Positions 1 through 10,468 of a stretch of DNA of 64,000 nucleotides are shown in pieces. A model generated the notes under the pieces. It saw nothing but the letters and a program-made list of their open reading frames with translations. It did no database searches and had not been told where the DNA came from. The position numbers were made by a program, and so were the translations under genes. Positions within the stretch are counted from its first letter, which is position 1. Each line of letters opens with the position of its first letter. This stretch comes from an uncultured bacterium (GTDB lineage: Bacteria; Caldisericota; JANLFM01): contig CAZTNW010000002.1 of assembly GCA_964614945.1 (NCBI GenBank), positions 145,242 to 209,241 of the forward strand, written 5' to 3'.

Positions 1-876
1 TACATGGGGAGCGAGGCTTACGGGGTCATGCGTGGTTACGAGGGCCTTATGTGCGGAGAGCTCATGCGCATGGACCTGGCCTCCGTGTCCGGCATCATCC
101 AGAGAGGAGGGACTGTACTCCTGACCTCTCGCCCTAGGAGTTTTCTCGAGGAGGAGGGAGTAAAGGTAGGAGTGGAGCAGGCGCGACAGGCCGGGCTTGA
201 CGGCCTGATCTTAATCGGCGGGGACGGGACATTTCGCGGGGGGGTGGAGCTGGAAAAAGCGGGGCTCCCCACTCTGGGGATCCCCGCTTCCATCGATGAT
301 GACATCTGGGGTACGGATCATACCATTGGTTTCGATAGCGCGGTCAATACGGCACTGGAGGCTATTGACAAAATTCGAGACACCGCTACCTCGCATGAAC
401 GCTCTTTCATTGTGGAGGTGATGGGTCGTACTGCCGGTTACATTGCCCTCTTGGCTGGCTTGGCAGGCGGAGCTGAGTACATCATTCTCCCGGAGATACC
501 CTTCAGGGTAGAGGAGTTAGCCCTTGCCCTGAAACGGGGCCACGAGCGGCGAAAACGTCATTTCGTAATCGTTCTGGCGGAAGGGGTCAAGGGAGCCTAC
601 CAATTGGCGCAGGAGCTTTATGAGCGCACCGGCTACGATGTCAAGGTCAGCGTGCTGGGGCACGTCCAACGAGGGGGTTCCCCCAGCGCCCAGGATCGGT
701 ACCTGGCTTCCCGCTTAGGAGCGCAAGCGGTGGAGAGCTTCCTCGCCGGAGAACGGGGGAAAATGGTCGGCCTCCAATCGGATCGGGCCATCCTGGTACC
801 CTATGCGGAGGCTCTATCTCATAATAAAAAGATGAACCGGGAGGCTTACGATCTGCACAAAATCCTGGGGATGTAG
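1..876 (+). CDS. pfkA: ATP-dependent 6-phosphofructokinase, C-terminal part (5' end lies outside the window)
   Basis: ORF 4..876 is in frame from base 1. It has the PFK motifs GGDGT, MGR and the substrate-binding region. Confidence 0.85.
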   Translation, partial: YMGSEAYGVMRGYEGLMCGELMRMDLASVSGIIQRGGTVLLTSRPRSFLEEEGVKVGVEQARQAGLDGLILIGGDGTFRGGVELEKAGLPTLGIPASIDDDIWGTDHTIGFDSAVNTALEAIDKIRDTATSHERSFIVEVMGRTAGYIALLAGLAGGAEYIILPEIPFRVEELALALKRGHERRKRHFVIVLAEGVKGAYQLAQELYERTGYDVKVSVLGHVQRGGSPSAQDRYLASRLGAQAVESFLAGERGKMVGLQSDRAILVPYAEALSHNKKMNREAYDLHKILGM

Positions 877-883
877 GCTGTCG

Positions 884-2617
884 ATGAGATCCTTTTTAAC
901 CCTCCGCTGGCAGCTGATCCTTCTTATTCTAATTCTCGTTTTGGCCATGATCATGGGGGCAGGATTCTTTTTAACTCGCCAGGCTCAGGACGCTTTAATC
1001 AACGAGAAGAACGAGAAGATTGCCGGCTTAACCCAGCAAATGGCCTTTTATTATGATCAGGTGATGGACAGCTTGAGTGCTGATTCTAAATATCAGTCCG
1101 CTGATAGCAAGGAGCGAAGAAAGATGCTGGAAGCGGAGCTGAACAAATTCGCAGAAATCATCGCTCAATCCTATCCTAACGTCTTCTATTTCTACCTGGT
1201 CTCCGAGTTTGGCGCTCCCCTGGCATCCAGACCCCAACCCGGCCTTAACTGGTTCTCCATTTCCCGGCAATATACGGACCTCGTGCGTAACGGAGAGGTC
1301 GTAGGGCAGGCCTATGCGATGGAGGATCAGGCCCTGGTTGAGGCACAATTGGCACAAATCCGCAACGTCTCCCTGGTAATTATGGGCGCGGTCTTCCTCA
1401 TTGGCACCCTGGGAGCAGTGTTAATTGGCACCAATCTCTCTCGGGGGGTCGTGCGCATCAAGAATGGGCTCAATCGGGTGGAGCGGGACCTTTCCTATCG
1501 GTTGCCGGCACTCTCGGGCGAGATGGGGGAGATCGCCCGAGCCGCCAACCGCCTTGCCTCCGCCTTAGAGGAGGCTAAAGATTACACCCGCTACGTCTTA
1601 GAGAATATCGGCACAGGGATCGTATCCCTCGACGAGGAGGGAAATATCACAGTCTTCAATCCCGCCGCGGAAAAACTCCTCGGCATTAAGTCGGCTGAAG
1701 CCCTCGGGCAACCCTTCCAGCAGACCCTGATCCGCGCGTGTGTACCTCAGGCCGGCAAGATGGTCCAATTGCTGAAGGAGCACAGTGAGGGAGAGGAGGC
1801 GATTGTAATTTCCTCAAGTACGGGCGAGCCTGTAGAATTAGGGCTCACCGTTTTCTCGCTCATCACCTCCTCAGGAAGAACAGCCGGAAAGGTTCTTACG
1901 ATCGAGGATCTCTCCCTCAAGCGCAAACTGGAGGAAATAATCCGCCGCTCAGACCGCCTGAGCGCGCTGGGACTTTTCACGACAGGCATTGCTCACGAGG
2001 TGAGAAATCCACTCGCCTCAATTAAGGGGTTCGCCCAGCTCCTTCTCTCGCGTAATCTGGTGAGCGAGCCGGGTAACAAATATGCGCAGACTATTGTCAA
2101 GGAGACCGAAAGGCTGGACGGTCTCCTTGCTGAGCTCCTCTCTTTCGCCCGGCCCTCACCTCCTCAGCTCGGCCTGAAACATTTAGGCCCTATCCTCGAG
2201 CGAACACTGGTGCTGATTGAAGAAAGGGCACGGCAGCAGGGGGTGGAGATGAAGAAAGTGCTGGCCGATGTCCCCCCTGTCCTGATAGACGAGCAGAAAA
2301 TACAGCAGGTTTTCTGGAACATTCTCATCAATGCCCTCCAAGTCATGCCCAAAGGTGGAACGCTCTCCATCCGTCTGCAGCTCGAGAGAGGAGAGGTGGT
2401 TACAGCCATCACTGACTCTGGTTCCGGCATTCCTACCGAGCACCGGGACAGAATCTTCGACCCTTTCTTCACCTCCAAAGATTGGGGCAGCGGCCTAGGC
2501 CTTGCCATCAGCCATCGGATTGTGGAAACTTTGGGGGGGAGAATCGAATTCACAAGTGATCCGGGCAGAGGAACAACCTTCAGGGTATTCCTCCCGGTGA
2601 TGAAGGTGGCGCCTTGA
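884..2617 (+). CDS. Sensor histidine kinase (N-terminal TM, HAMP, PAS, HisKA, HATPase_c)
   Basis: N-terminal hydrophobic helix, PAS-like region, and H-box HEVRNPLASIKGFAQLL. The C-terminal ATPase block reads DSGSGIP...GSGLGLAI. Its stop overlaps the start of the downstream regulator (TTGA). Confidence 0.85.
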   Translation: MRSFLTLRWQLILLILILVLAMIMGAGFFLTRQAQDALINEKNEKIAGLTQQMAFYYDQVMDSLSADSKYQSADSKERRKMLEAELNKFAEIIAQSYPNVFYFYLVSEFGAPLASRPQPGLNWFSISRQYTDLVRNGEVVGQAYAMEDQALVEAQLAQIRNVSLVIMGAVFLIGTLGAVLIGTNLSRGVVRIKNGLNRVERDLSYRLPALSGEMGEIARAANRLASALEEAKDYTRYVLENIGTGIVSLDEEGNITVFNPAAEKLLGIKSAEALGQPFQQTLIRACVPQAGKMVQLLKEHSEGEEAIVISSSTGEPVELGLTVFSLITSSGRTAGKVLTIEDLSLKRKLEEIIRRSDRLSALGLFTTGIAHEVRNPLASIKGFAQLLLSRNLVSEPGNKYAQTIVKETERLDGLLAELLSFARPSPPQLGLKHLGPILERTLVLIEERARQQGVEMKKVLADVPPVLIDEQKIQQVFWNILINALQVMPKGGTLSIRLQLERGEVVTAITDSGSGIPTEHRDRIFDPFFTSKDWGSGLGLAISHRIVETLGGRIEFTSDPGRGTTFRVFLPVMKVAP

Positions 2618-3981
2618 CGAATAAAAAAAATTATCGTGCCCTCGTGGCCGACGACGAGGAATCGATCCGCGAGTTGCTGCGCGAAGTGCTCGAGGAAACA
2701 GGGATTGAGGTCGATGAAGCCAGCGATGGAGAAGAGGCCTGGGCTATCCTCAACCGAACTACTTTCGACTTGCTTTTTTTAGATATCCGTATGCCACGGA
2801 AGGACGGGATGACCCTTTTACGAGAACTGATGGAAAAAGAGAACAGCCCTCATACAATCATCATCACGGCTTACGGGGATTTCACCGTCGCTCTGGAAGC
2901 GATGAAGCTGGGGGCTTTCAATTATATTCATAAGCCCTTTGACCTTGAGGAAGTCAAGCTCCTGGCCGAGAAGGCACTGCGCCTCAAGAGCCTGGAGGAG
3001 GAAGTCAAAGTGCTGCGCGCTGAACTCTGCGAGAAGGGAAAGAATGAGCCGACCGTGATCGGACACTCCGCTAAAATGCTGGAGATCATGAAGACAGTGG
3101 GGCGGTTCGCCAACTCCTCCTCAACAGTCCTGATCACGGGTGAAAGCGGCACGGGCAAGGAATTGATCGCCCGCACGATTCATCTTGCCTCCCCGCGGGC
3201 CAAAGGTCCATTCCTGCCGGTGAACTGTGCTGCTATCCCCGAATCGCTTTTAGAGAGCGAGCTCTTCGGCTATGAGAAGGGGGCATTTACCGGTGCCCTA
3301 CAGAGGACTCCCGGTAAATTTGAGCTGGCGGAAAGGGGAACCATTTTCCTGGACGAAATTGCGGACATGTCTCTCGCCCTGCAGGCCAAGCTGCTCCGCG
3401 TCCTGCAGGACTTGACTTTCATGCGCGTGGGGGGGAAAGAGCCGGTTCAAGTCGATGTCCGCGTGATAGCAGCTACAAATCACGATATCGGTGACATGGT
3501 CAAAAAAGAGGGTTTCCGCGAGGACCTCTACTATCGCCTGAATGTCCTTACCCTGCAGTTGCCTCCTCTCAGGGAGCGGCGTGAGGATATAGACGACCTC
3601 GTCCTCTTTTTTATGGCGCACTACGCCAGGGAAAATAATAAACCCTTGAGAGGAGTTACGACCGGGGCCCTGGAAAAATTAATTGCCTATTCCTGGCCCG
3701 GTAATGTAAGAGAGTTAGAGAATGCAGTAGCCCGGGCTGTCGCCAGGTCAGTGGGGAATATCCTGACTCTGGAGGATTTCGACCTCGAGGAAGAGACCTT
3801 GGCTCAGGAGGGCCCGGTCCCCATCATCCCTCTTTCCCGAGCTGTGGCCGAGCTGGAAAAAAAGATGATCCAGCAAGCTCTCCAGGTCTCAGGGGGGAAC
3901 CAGACACAGGCCGCTCGCCTGTTGGAGATCTCTCGCCAAACGCTAGCGACGAAGATCAAGGAGTACGATATTAAGAACTGA
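2614..3981 (+). CDS. Sigma-54-dependent response regulator (NtrC family: receiver, AAA+ and HTH domains)
   Basis: Receiver domain LVADDE...D. Walker A GESGTGKE, the GAFTGA sigma-54 contact motif, and a C-terminal Fis-like HTH. Confidence 0.9.
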   Translation: MTNKKNYRALVADDEESIRELLREVLEETGIEVDEASDGEEAWAILNRTTFDLLFLDIRMPRKDGMTLLRELMEKENSPHTIIITAYGDFTVALEAMKLGAFNYIHKPFDLEEVKLLAEKALRLKSLEEEVKVLRAELCEKGKNEPTVIGHSAKMLEIMKTVGRFANSSSTVLITGESGTGKELIARTIHLASPRAKGPFLPVNCAAIPESLLESELFGYEKGAFTGALQRTPGKFELAERGTIFLDEIADMSLALQAKLLRVLQDLTFMRVGGKEPVQVDVRVIAATNHDIGDMVKKEGFREDLYYRLNVLTLQLPPLRERREDIDDLVLFFMAHYARENNKPLRGVTTGALEKLIAYSWPGNVRELENAVARAVARSVGNILTLEDFDLEEETLAQEGPVPIIPLSRAVAELEKKMIQQALQVSGGNQTQAARLLEISRQTLATKIKEYDIKN

Positions 3982-3995
3982 AAAAAGAGGATCGC

Positions 3996-5093
3996 CTACT
4001 CCGCCACCCATTTGTAGAGAAAGCCGAAATCCTGGTTCTTAACCAGGGCTTGCAGGATCTTGATTCCGTTTGCACTCTTTAAAACGACGCGCAGTACATT
4101 CCCCTGGAGTTCTACCTGTGGTTCGCCCAAGAGGGAGAGGAAATTCTCGTTCCGGTATACAGCGGAGTAGGAAGTGCGCATCGCCCCCCCTATTTTTACC
4201 GCGTCCTCTCTGGCGCTCGTTTCATCACCATAGCGCAGAATGAAGGTCACTCTGCCCGCTTCCCGCAGACTGGAAAATGCACTGAAGTCGATGAAGGTCG
4301 GGTTCAGGAGGTAGCGGCCGCGTTCCTCCATTTTAGCTTTCCAGTTGAACTCCGAGGCCGCGGGATCCAGCGAGAGCAAACTCTCCAGGCCGGGATTGGG
4401 TGGTGCCGGCCCCAGGTAATAGGAGGGAGCCCCGCCTAAAAAGGGTTCATGCGCTTTCCAGCTCTCACTTTCCCCCACTCTTGGCAACTTTCCCTGAAGC
4501 GCCTGAACCGCTTCTCCGCGGCTGGGGGAAGAGGTTTGATTAGGAACGAAATGCTCCATGAATAGGGAGGACGAGGCAATGGCAGCCTGTCCCAAGTAAG
4601 AAAGTTCATCACCGCTCGGGGACGAACGATCGAGATAGATCACCCCCTCTTCCTCGCGTGAAGAATAGCCAGCCTCCTGCATCTTTTGCGCAAGCAGGGC
4701 GTAATCAAAAGATCCCCTTGCTGCTTCCAGTGAGGAACAGGGCGACCAGACCGCCTCCTCGATTTGAACCCAGCTCAAGCCAAGGGAGGAAGAGAGCTCG
4801 GGAATCCAGAAGAAGCGGAAAAGTGAACTCCCCAGCTCGAAGGGGGCGATGTGCTGACTGAAAGAGATTACCTCATCTCGAGCCTCTGCTGTTGGAGTGA
4901 AGGTCTGGCGCAGGAGCCTGTAATTTGTATAGAAGATTCCCCCTCCTTCGGTCAGTAGCTTCTCCGGCATCAACATGATTAAGCTGCTCGCCGCAGGTGA
5001 AATCTCTTTGCCGGGGAAAAAAGTGTAAAGCAGGAAGGCGAGGGCGATTCCCATCGCCACCAGAGGAATCAGGATCAAGCCCCTCCTCTTCAT
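3996..5093 (-). CDS. Hypothetical membrane-anchored protein (single N-terminal TM helix, large extracytoplasmic domain)
   Basis: ORF 3996..5129. The preferred start is MKRRGLILIPLVAMGIALAFLL at 5093, which overlaps the fmdB-like stop by 1 nt (TGATG). I recognise no known domain. Confidence 0.5.
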   Translation of the reverse strand: MKRRGLILIPLVAMGIALAFLLYTFFPGKEISPAASSLIMLMPEKLLTEGGGIFYTNYRLLRQTFTPTAEARDEVISFSQHIAPFELGSSLFRFFWIPELSSSLGLSWVQIEEAVWSPCSSLEAARGSFDYALLAQKMQEAGYSSREEEGVIYLDRSSPSGDELSYLGQAAIASSSLFMEHFVPNQTSSPSRGEAVQALQGKLPRVGESESWKAHEPFLGGAPSYYLGPAPPNPGLESLLSLDPAASEFNWKAKMEERGRYLLNPTFIDFSAFSSLREAGRVTFILRYGDETSAREDAVKIGGAMRTSYSAVYRNENFLSLLGEPQVELQGNVLRVVLKSANGIKILQALVKNQDFGFLYKWVAE

Positions 5094-5308
5094 CAGTGCC
5101 TGCAGCTTGAGCAGGAAGAGCCCGAGCAAGAGCCGCAGCCCGAGGAGGAGGAAGAAGTTTTTGCAGAACAGCAGGAGAAACTGGACATGACGCGCTTAGT
5201 CTCCTGGCTCTGGCAATAAGGGCAGAAAGGTTCGCTGCTGCTTCCATCAAGGAATAGCAGCTCGAACTTCCCTCCGCATTGAGCGCAACGGTACTCGTAG
5301 ATAGGCAT
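5093..5308 (-). CDS. FmdB-family zinc-ribbon protein with a Cys/Ser-rich C-terminal tail
   Basis: Internal start MPIYEYRCAQCGGKFE...CPYCQ gives the CxxC...CxxC zinc ribbon. RBS AAGGAGAGGAG precedes the ATG. Tail is SSFSCCSAKTSSSSSGCGSCSGSSCSSCRH. The tracked ORF (5093..5443) has a spurious N-terminal extension. Confidence 0.7.
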   Translation of the reverse strand: MPIYEYRCAQCGGKFELLFLDGSSSEPFCPYCQSQETKRVMSSFSCCSAKTSSSSSGCGSCSGSSCSSCRH

Positions 5309-5328
5309 ATCTTCACTCCTCTCCTTAT

Positions 5329-5889
5329 TTAAGGAGAATCGGAGGTCGACGTCAATGTTACCCCCTCCTGATCGGTAGCGGTCCAGAGTGGCGTGGCGGC
5401 GGGCCAGCCTCTCCGTCCAGAGGAAAAGGCCGAGGCCAAGCACCAGGTAGGCAAGGCCGACGAGAGCCTCCCGGAGAAGGAGCGGAAAGACGCGAAGAAG
5501 CCCCTAGCCACCAATGAGAAGTCTTCCGCCTCTAAACCATGGGGCAGGGGCAAAAAATAACCAATCAGTTGGAGATATGAGGGCATGTAGAAGATGGGAA
5601 AGTTCACCCCGCAGAAGAAAACAATAGGGAAAAACGGACGTTCATTACGATATTGATATCCCTGGCCACGAGCTCGATGGCTCCAAAAATTGTACCGAAG
5701 GAGAGCATGGAAAAAATCGTCACGCAGGCTGCAATGAGCAAGGCGCGGGTCGGCGCGCAGGAAGAGATCCACCCCGAAAAGAAGAACGCCGTAAAGCAGG
5801 GAGAGGGAGAAAGCGAGCAGGGCATCGAGAATGTGCATGAAGGCTCGACTGGAGAAAATCGGGATCTTATTTGTCGATATCCCGATCAC
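5329..5889 (-). CDS. Hypothetical membrane protein; frame uncertain, possibly frameshifted
   Basis: Two overlapping minus-strand frames (5329..5889 and 5604..5825) both encode strongly hydrophobic peptides. The gene sits just upstream of the fmdB-like gene in the same orientation. Confidence 0.25.
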   Translation of the reverse strand: MIGISTNKIPIFSSRAFMHILDALLAFSLSLLYGVLLFGVDLFLRADPRLAHCSLRDDFFHALLRYNFWSHRARGQGYQYRNERPFFPIVFFCGVNFPIFYMPSYLQLIGYFLPLPHGLEAEDFSLVARGFFASFRSFSGRLSSALPTWCLASAFSSGRRGWPAATPLWTATDQEGVTLTSTSDSP

Positions 5890-6140
5890 AAATTTCAGGG
5901 TCCCCCGGACCTCTCCTGCCTGAAGGTGGAGACTACTCCATAGACGGTTTCCGCCGAAACCAAGCAGAAGGCGTTGCCGATTCCGGTGTATGTTGCCTGT
6001 TCATGACCCAGGGAAAAGCTGACCACGCGCAGAGAGCAGGGGCTTCCGCATTCAGAAACTTCCCAGGGTGCCCCAGAATTCTGACCATTTTCTCAATCAG
6101 GTGAAAGAGATTAGACCTTTTCGAGCAGGCATCGGTTCGG

Positions 6141-6186
6141 AAAAACTCCTCTCTTATTTGGAATAAAGGAGTCTCAGCTTATTCTG
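6141..6186 (-). terminator. Rho-independent terminator after gcvPB
   Basis: Minus-strand hairpin ACTCCTTTATT...AATAAGAGAGGAGT followed by TTTTT, immediately 3' of the gcvPB stop. Confidence 0.5.
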
Positions 6187-7620
6187 CTACGGACTTTTCC
6201 TCCAGCGGAGAATGGGGCTCCTGTTGGCCACTACATCATCGATGCGGCGCACGGGTGTTTTTTCTGGCGCTCTGCGAAGCAGTTCAGGCTCGCTCATGGC
6301 TTCTTTCTCTATCTGTATCAGGGCGCGGGCGAAGGCCTCCATGGTCTCCTTGCTTTCCGTCTCCGTCGGCTCGATCATTAAAGCTCCCTCCACGATCAGG
6401 GGAAAGGCAACAGTCGGAGCATGAAAACCGTAATCCAACAACCTTTTAGCTACGTCGACCACCTTGAGTCCACTGGCGTTGAGAGGTCGGGTGGACAGGA
6501 CAAACTCGTGTTTGCATACTCGATCGTAGGGAAGCTCAAAGTGTCCTTTGAGCAGGCCAAGCAGGTAGTTGGCGTTCAGCACGGCGTCCTCTGTCATCCG
6601 TTTCAGTCCGTCCCCGCCCAAAGAGAGGAGGTAGGCATATGCTTTCACGGCCACGAGGAAATTACCAAGAAAGGAGCGCATCTGGCCGATCGTGTCGGGC
6701 CGATCCCAGTCTAAATCGAATTCGCCTTTTTCAGTCTTCCTCACCAAAGGTACGGGCAGGAAGGGTTCCAGGTGTTCCTTCACTCCAACCGGACCGGACC
6801 CTGGACCGCCTCCGCCGTGGGGAGTTGAGAACGTCTTGTGCAAGTTGAGATGTACTACGTCAAACCCCATGTCTCCTGGTCTGACATAGCCACAGATACC
6901 GTTCAGGTTGGCTCCATCGTAATAGAGCTGTCCTCCCGTCTCATGCACGATCCGCGCAATTGCACAGATATTTTCGTCGAACAGCCCCAGAGTGTTCGGA
7001 TTCGTGAGCATCAGGGCAAGAACCCGCTCGGAGACCTTGCTCTTCAGGTCTTCGATGTTCACGCCGCCTCGCTTGTCGGAACTCACCTCGAGGACCTTGC
7101 AACCGGATAAGGTGGCGGAGGCCGGGTTTGTGCCGTGCGAAGAATCCGGGACGAGCACGATGTCCCTTTCTTCCCCTCTTTTGTCGAAATAAGCCCGGAT
7201 CAGGAGGAGTCCGGTCAGTTCTCCCTGAGCTCCGGCGGAAGGCTGCATAGTGTAGCGTGACATGCCGGTGATTTCACAGAGTAAGCCCTCAAGTTCCGAT
7301 AACAACTTCAATGCCCCCTGCATGGTCTCGGCAGGCTGGTAGGGGTGCAAAAAGGCGAATCCGCTGAGAGCGGCAAGATCTTCGTTCAGCTTTGGATTGT
7401 ATTTCATCGTGCAGGAGCCGAGGGGGTAAAATCCTGTATCCACTCCGTAGTTTTTTGCGGAAAGGTTCACGAAGTGGCGAACTACCTCGGGCTCTGAAAG
7501 CTCAGGTAAGCCGATTTCGCCCCGCACGGAGAATGGGATCTCAGATGGGGGAACATCCAGTGGAGGAAGATCGCATCCAGTTTTACCGCGCTTGCTGATC
7601 TCAAAAAGAAGTCTGCTCAT
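6187..7620 (-). CDS. gcvPB: Glycine dehydrogenase (decarboxylating) subunit 2
   Basis: PLP-lysine region [16 protein letters not shown]. Start at the internal ATG (MSRLLFEIS) gives an ATGA overlap with the gcvPA stop. Confidence 0.9.
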   Translation of the reverse strand: MSRLLFEISKRGKTGCDLPPLDVPPSEIPFSVRGEIGLPELSEPEVVRHFVNLSAKNYGVDTGFYPLGSCTMKYNPKLNEDLAALSGFAFLHPYQPAETMQGALKLLSELEGLLCEITGMSRYTMQPSAGAQGELTGLLLIRAYFDKRGEERDIVLVPDSSHGTNPASATLSGCKVLEVSSDKRGGVNIEDLKSKVSERVLALMLTNPNTLGLFDENICAIARIVHETGGQLYYDGANLNGICGYVRPGDMGFDVVHLNLHKTFSTPHGGGGPGSGPVGVKEHLEPFLPVPLVRKTEKGEFDLDWDRPDTIGQMRSFLGNFLVAVKAYAYLLSLGGDGLKRMTEDAVLNANYLLGLLKGHFELPYDRVCKHEFVLSTRPLNASGLKVVDVAKRLLDYGFHAPTVAFPLIVEGALMIEPTETESKETMEAFARALIQIEKEAMSEPELLRRAPEKTPVRRIDDVVANRSPILRWRKSP

Positions 7621-8963
7621 CTTTTCCCCCTCGCCCATGATTCTAAGAGTCTGGCCAAAAGCTCAAGCTCACTCGCATCATTGGTGTCAGTCACAGTAAG
7701 CAGCATGGCCTCTCCCAACTCCGGATAGTAAGGTTTGAGCGGAATCCCGCCCAGTACCCTGTTTTCCCAAAGATAGCGATTGACTTCCTCTGCGGGAGCG
7801 GGCAGGCGGAGGGCGAACTCGTTGAAAAAATAAGAGGGGAAACAGAGACTGACTCCGGGGATCTTCTCCAGTTCTTTTGCAAGAAAATGAGCTTTGTGGT
7901 AATTGTGCTCGGCTAACTGGCGCAAGCCCCTTTCTCCCAGCAGGGAGAGGAAAATCAGAGCACTGAGAGCACAGAGGGCTTGATTCGTGCAGATATTTGA
8001 TGAGGCTTTCTCTCGCCGGATGTGTTGCTCGCGCGTCTGCAGGATCATGACAAAAGCTCTATTTCCCTCTATGTCTTTCGCTTCTCCGATTAGGCGCCCC
8101 GGCATCCTGCGCAGGAAGCCCTCCCTCGCCGCTAAAATCCCCAATCCTGGACCCCCCAGGCTGGGCGGGATCCCCAGGCTCTGGCCTTCCCCGGCGACAA
8201 TATCCGCCCCCAACAGCCCGGGCGCGGGTAGGAATCCGAGGGAGATGGCCTCGCTGAAGGCGTAAATGAGGAGACCGCCTCTCTCGTGGATATAACGAGC
8301 CGTTTCCTCCACGGGTTCGATTACCCCGAGAAAGTTAGGGTTCTGGATGATCAGACAGGCGACGTCCCCTGGCTTCGCTTTATTCAATGCGGCTTGTCCA
8401 AGTTCGTTTAATGGCAGCTCCTCTAGTTCTAAGTCCAAATTGCGGGTGTAGGTGCTCAGCACTCTCCTGTACTCAGGGTGCAGCGAGCGGGAGTAAAGGA
8501 TCTTCCTCTTCCCCGTTGAAGCGTGGGCCATCAAAGCTGCCTCCGCCACCGCGGAGGCTCCGTCGTACATTGAAGCATTTGAGACCTCCATCCCCGTCAG
8601 CTGGCAGATTGCCGTTTGATACTCGAAGATGGTCTGCAGAGTTCCCTGGCTCACCTCCGCCTGGTAGGGAGTATAAGCGGTGTAGAATTCCGAGCGCGAG
8701 ATCAAATGATGGATGGCGGCAGGGATGAAGTGATGATAGATCCCTCCGCCGAGGAAAGAGGGTAACTGCTCAAGATCGGCATTGAGATCGGCGAGGCGTT
8801 GCAGGTGCCTTTTGACCTGGTTCTCTGATAGTGGAGGGGTTTTGAAGTCAGGAGAGAACCTCACTTCCACGGGGATATCCTGAAAAAGTTCCTCCAGCGA
8901 GGATAGATGGAGCGATCGAAGCATTTCCTTTCGATCGGAATCCGTGAGTGGAAAATATCTCAT
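7617..8963 (-). CDS. gcvPA: Glycine dehydrogenase (decarboxylating) subunit 1
   Basis: Full-length similarity to the P-protein N-terminal subunit, in operon context. Confidence 0.9.
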   Translation of the reverse strand: MRYFPLTDSDRKEMLRSLHLSSLEELFQDIPVEVRFSPDFKTPPLSENQVKRHLQRLADLNADLEQLPSFLGGGIYHHFIPAAIHHLISRSEFYTAYTPYQAEVSQGTLQTIFEYQTAICQLTGMEVSNASMYDGASAVAEAALMAHASTGKRKILYSRSLHPEYRRVLSTYTRNLDLELEELPLNELGQAALNKAKPGDVACLIIQNPNFLGVIEPVEETARYIHERGGLLIYAFSEAISLGFLPAPGLLGADIVAGEGQSLGIPPSLGGPGLGILAAREGFLRRMPGRLIGEAKDIEGNRAFVMILQTREQHIRREKASSNICTNQALCALSALIFLSLLGERGLRQLAEHNYHKAHFLAKELEKIPGVSLCFPSYFFNEFALRLPAPAEEVNRYLWENRVLGGIPLKPYYPELGEAMLLTVTDTNDASELELLARLLESWARGKR

Positions 8964-8966
8964 CTC

Positions 8967-9353
8967 TTACTGAGACAGGCTGGAGAGCAGATGCTCGTAG
9001 TCCTGTGCGCTGAGCAGAGAACTGACCTCAGAGGGATCGCTGATTTCCAGGATGGCAACCCATCCCTCTCCGTAAGGATCATGGTTCACGGCTTCAGGCT
9101 TTGAAGAAAGGGAGTCGTTCACCTCCACAATCTTTCCCGACAGCGGGGCGTAGACATCGGAGGCCGCCTTTACGCTTTCTACAACGAGGAGAGGCTCTCC
9201 CTGGTGAAATTCCTTCCCCACCGCTGGCAGATCGACGAACACGATATCCCCTAGCTGTTCCTGCGCGTAATGAGTGAGCCCTATCCGCGCCCGATTCCCC
9301 TCTATTTTTGCCCACTCGTGATCTCGTGTGTAATGCAATTCCTTAGGATCCAT
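8967..9353 (-). CDS. gcvH: Glycine cleavage system H protein
   Basis: Lipoyl-lysine motif ESVKAASDVYAPLSG and the conserved N-terminus (HYTRDHEW). Confidence 0.92.
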   Translation of the reverse strand: MDPKELHYTRDHEWAKIEGNRARIGLTHYAQEQLGDIVFVDLPAVGKEFHQGEPLLVVESVKAASDVYAPLSGKIVEVNDSLSSKPEAVNHDPYGEGWVAILEISDPSEVSSLLSAQDYEHLLSSLSQ

Positions 9354-9364
9354 TATCTTCCTCC

Positions 9365-10468
9365 TTATCGATTTTTGCCGACGGTTCCTGACTTCCAGAA
9401 TGGAGTCTCCGCCACCTGAGCAGGGACCGGCTTATCCCGAATGCTGACGAAAAAGGTATTTCCAGCCGACTGGAAGGCAGGCTCCACATAAGCAAGGCCG
9501 ATCCCTTTCTTCAAGAGAGGGGAGAACATGCCGCTTGTAACCGTACCAATTTGCCGGTCATCTTTTAGCACCGCGTAGTGCTCCCTCGGGACACCGGGAG
9601 CTAAAAGCTCGAACCCCACAAGCTTACGTTTCAGGCCCTCGGCTTTCACTTTAAGCAAGGCTCCCTTGCCGATGAAATCTCCCTTATCCAACTTTACAAT
9701 CCAGCCTAGGCCTGCCTCCAGGGGGTTTGTCGTCTCATCAATATCGTTGCCGTGCAGGGCGAACTTCATTTCCATCCTGAGCGTGTTTCTTGCGCCTAAC
9801 CCGCAGGGTTCTACGGGCAAGTCCTTGCCAGCTTCCATTATGGCTTCCCAGATCAGGGGGGTATCGTCGGGTGAACAGAAAATTTCAAAACCGTCCTCCC
9901 CGGTGTAGCCTGTGCGGGCAATGAGGACCTCAAACAACTTAAGGCGGTCCGGCCGGAAGTGGAAATATTTCAGGGAAGAAAGATCCGATTGCGCCAACTT
10001 CTGCAATATCTCCTGCGCTCGCGGTCCCTGGAAGGCCACCTCTCCCCAGTTTTCGCCTTCATTCCTGAGCTCCTCTTCCCCCGTCTGGTGCGCCTGAAAC
10101 CAGCGAAGTATTTTTTCCGCATTGGAGGCGTTGGGCACGAGCAGGAAATCCCGAGCTGCCTGCCGATAAACTATGAGATCATCGATAATGCCGCCGGTCT
10201 CGTTCAGCACGGCGGTGTATTGGGCCTGACCGACTTCTATCCGTGCCGCATCGTTGCTGGTTAAGCGCTGAATAAAAGAGAGGGAGCCGCGACCGCGTAT
10301 CCGGATCTCGCCCATATGGGAGACATCGAAGATTCCCGCCCGCTGCCTGACGGCCAGGTGCTCTTCTACAATTCCTTTGTACTGGAGTGGCATTTCCCAT
10401 CCGGCAAAAGGGACCAGTCTGGCTCCATACTTCTGGTGAATCGCGTACAGGGGTGTGTGTTTAAGCAT
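9365..10468 (-). CDS. gcvT: Aminomethyltransferase (glycine cleavage T protein)
   Basis: GcvT similarity. Start at the internal ATG ([11 protein letters not shown]) is preceded by AAAGGAGGG. It overlaps the stop of the upstream PRTase by 1 nt (TAATG). Confidence 0.9.
   Translation of the reverse strand: MLKHTPLYAIHQKYGARLVPFAGWEMPLQYKGIVEEHLAVRQRAGIFDVSHMGEIRIRGRGSLSFIQRLTSNDAARIEVGQAQYTAVLNETGGIIDDLIVYRQAARDFLLVPNASNAEKILRWFQAHQTGEEELRNEGENWGEVAFQGPRAQEILQKLAQSDLSSLKYFHFRPDRLKLFEVLIARTGYTGEDGFEIFCSPDDTPLIWEAIMEAGKDLPVEPCGLGARNTLRMEMKFALHGNDIDETTNPLEAGLGWIVKLDKGDFIGKGALLKVKAEGLKRKLVGFELLAPGVPREHYAVLKDDRQIGTVTSGMFSPLLKKGIGLAYVEPAFQSAGNTFFVSIRDKPVPAQVAETPFWKSGTVGKNR

Noticed and set aside
5653-5943. 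Plus-strand 96-aa ORF inside the uncertain membrane-protein region.
   Set aside because: Hydrophilic, no RBS, and antisense to a hydrophobic reading frame that fits the operon context better.
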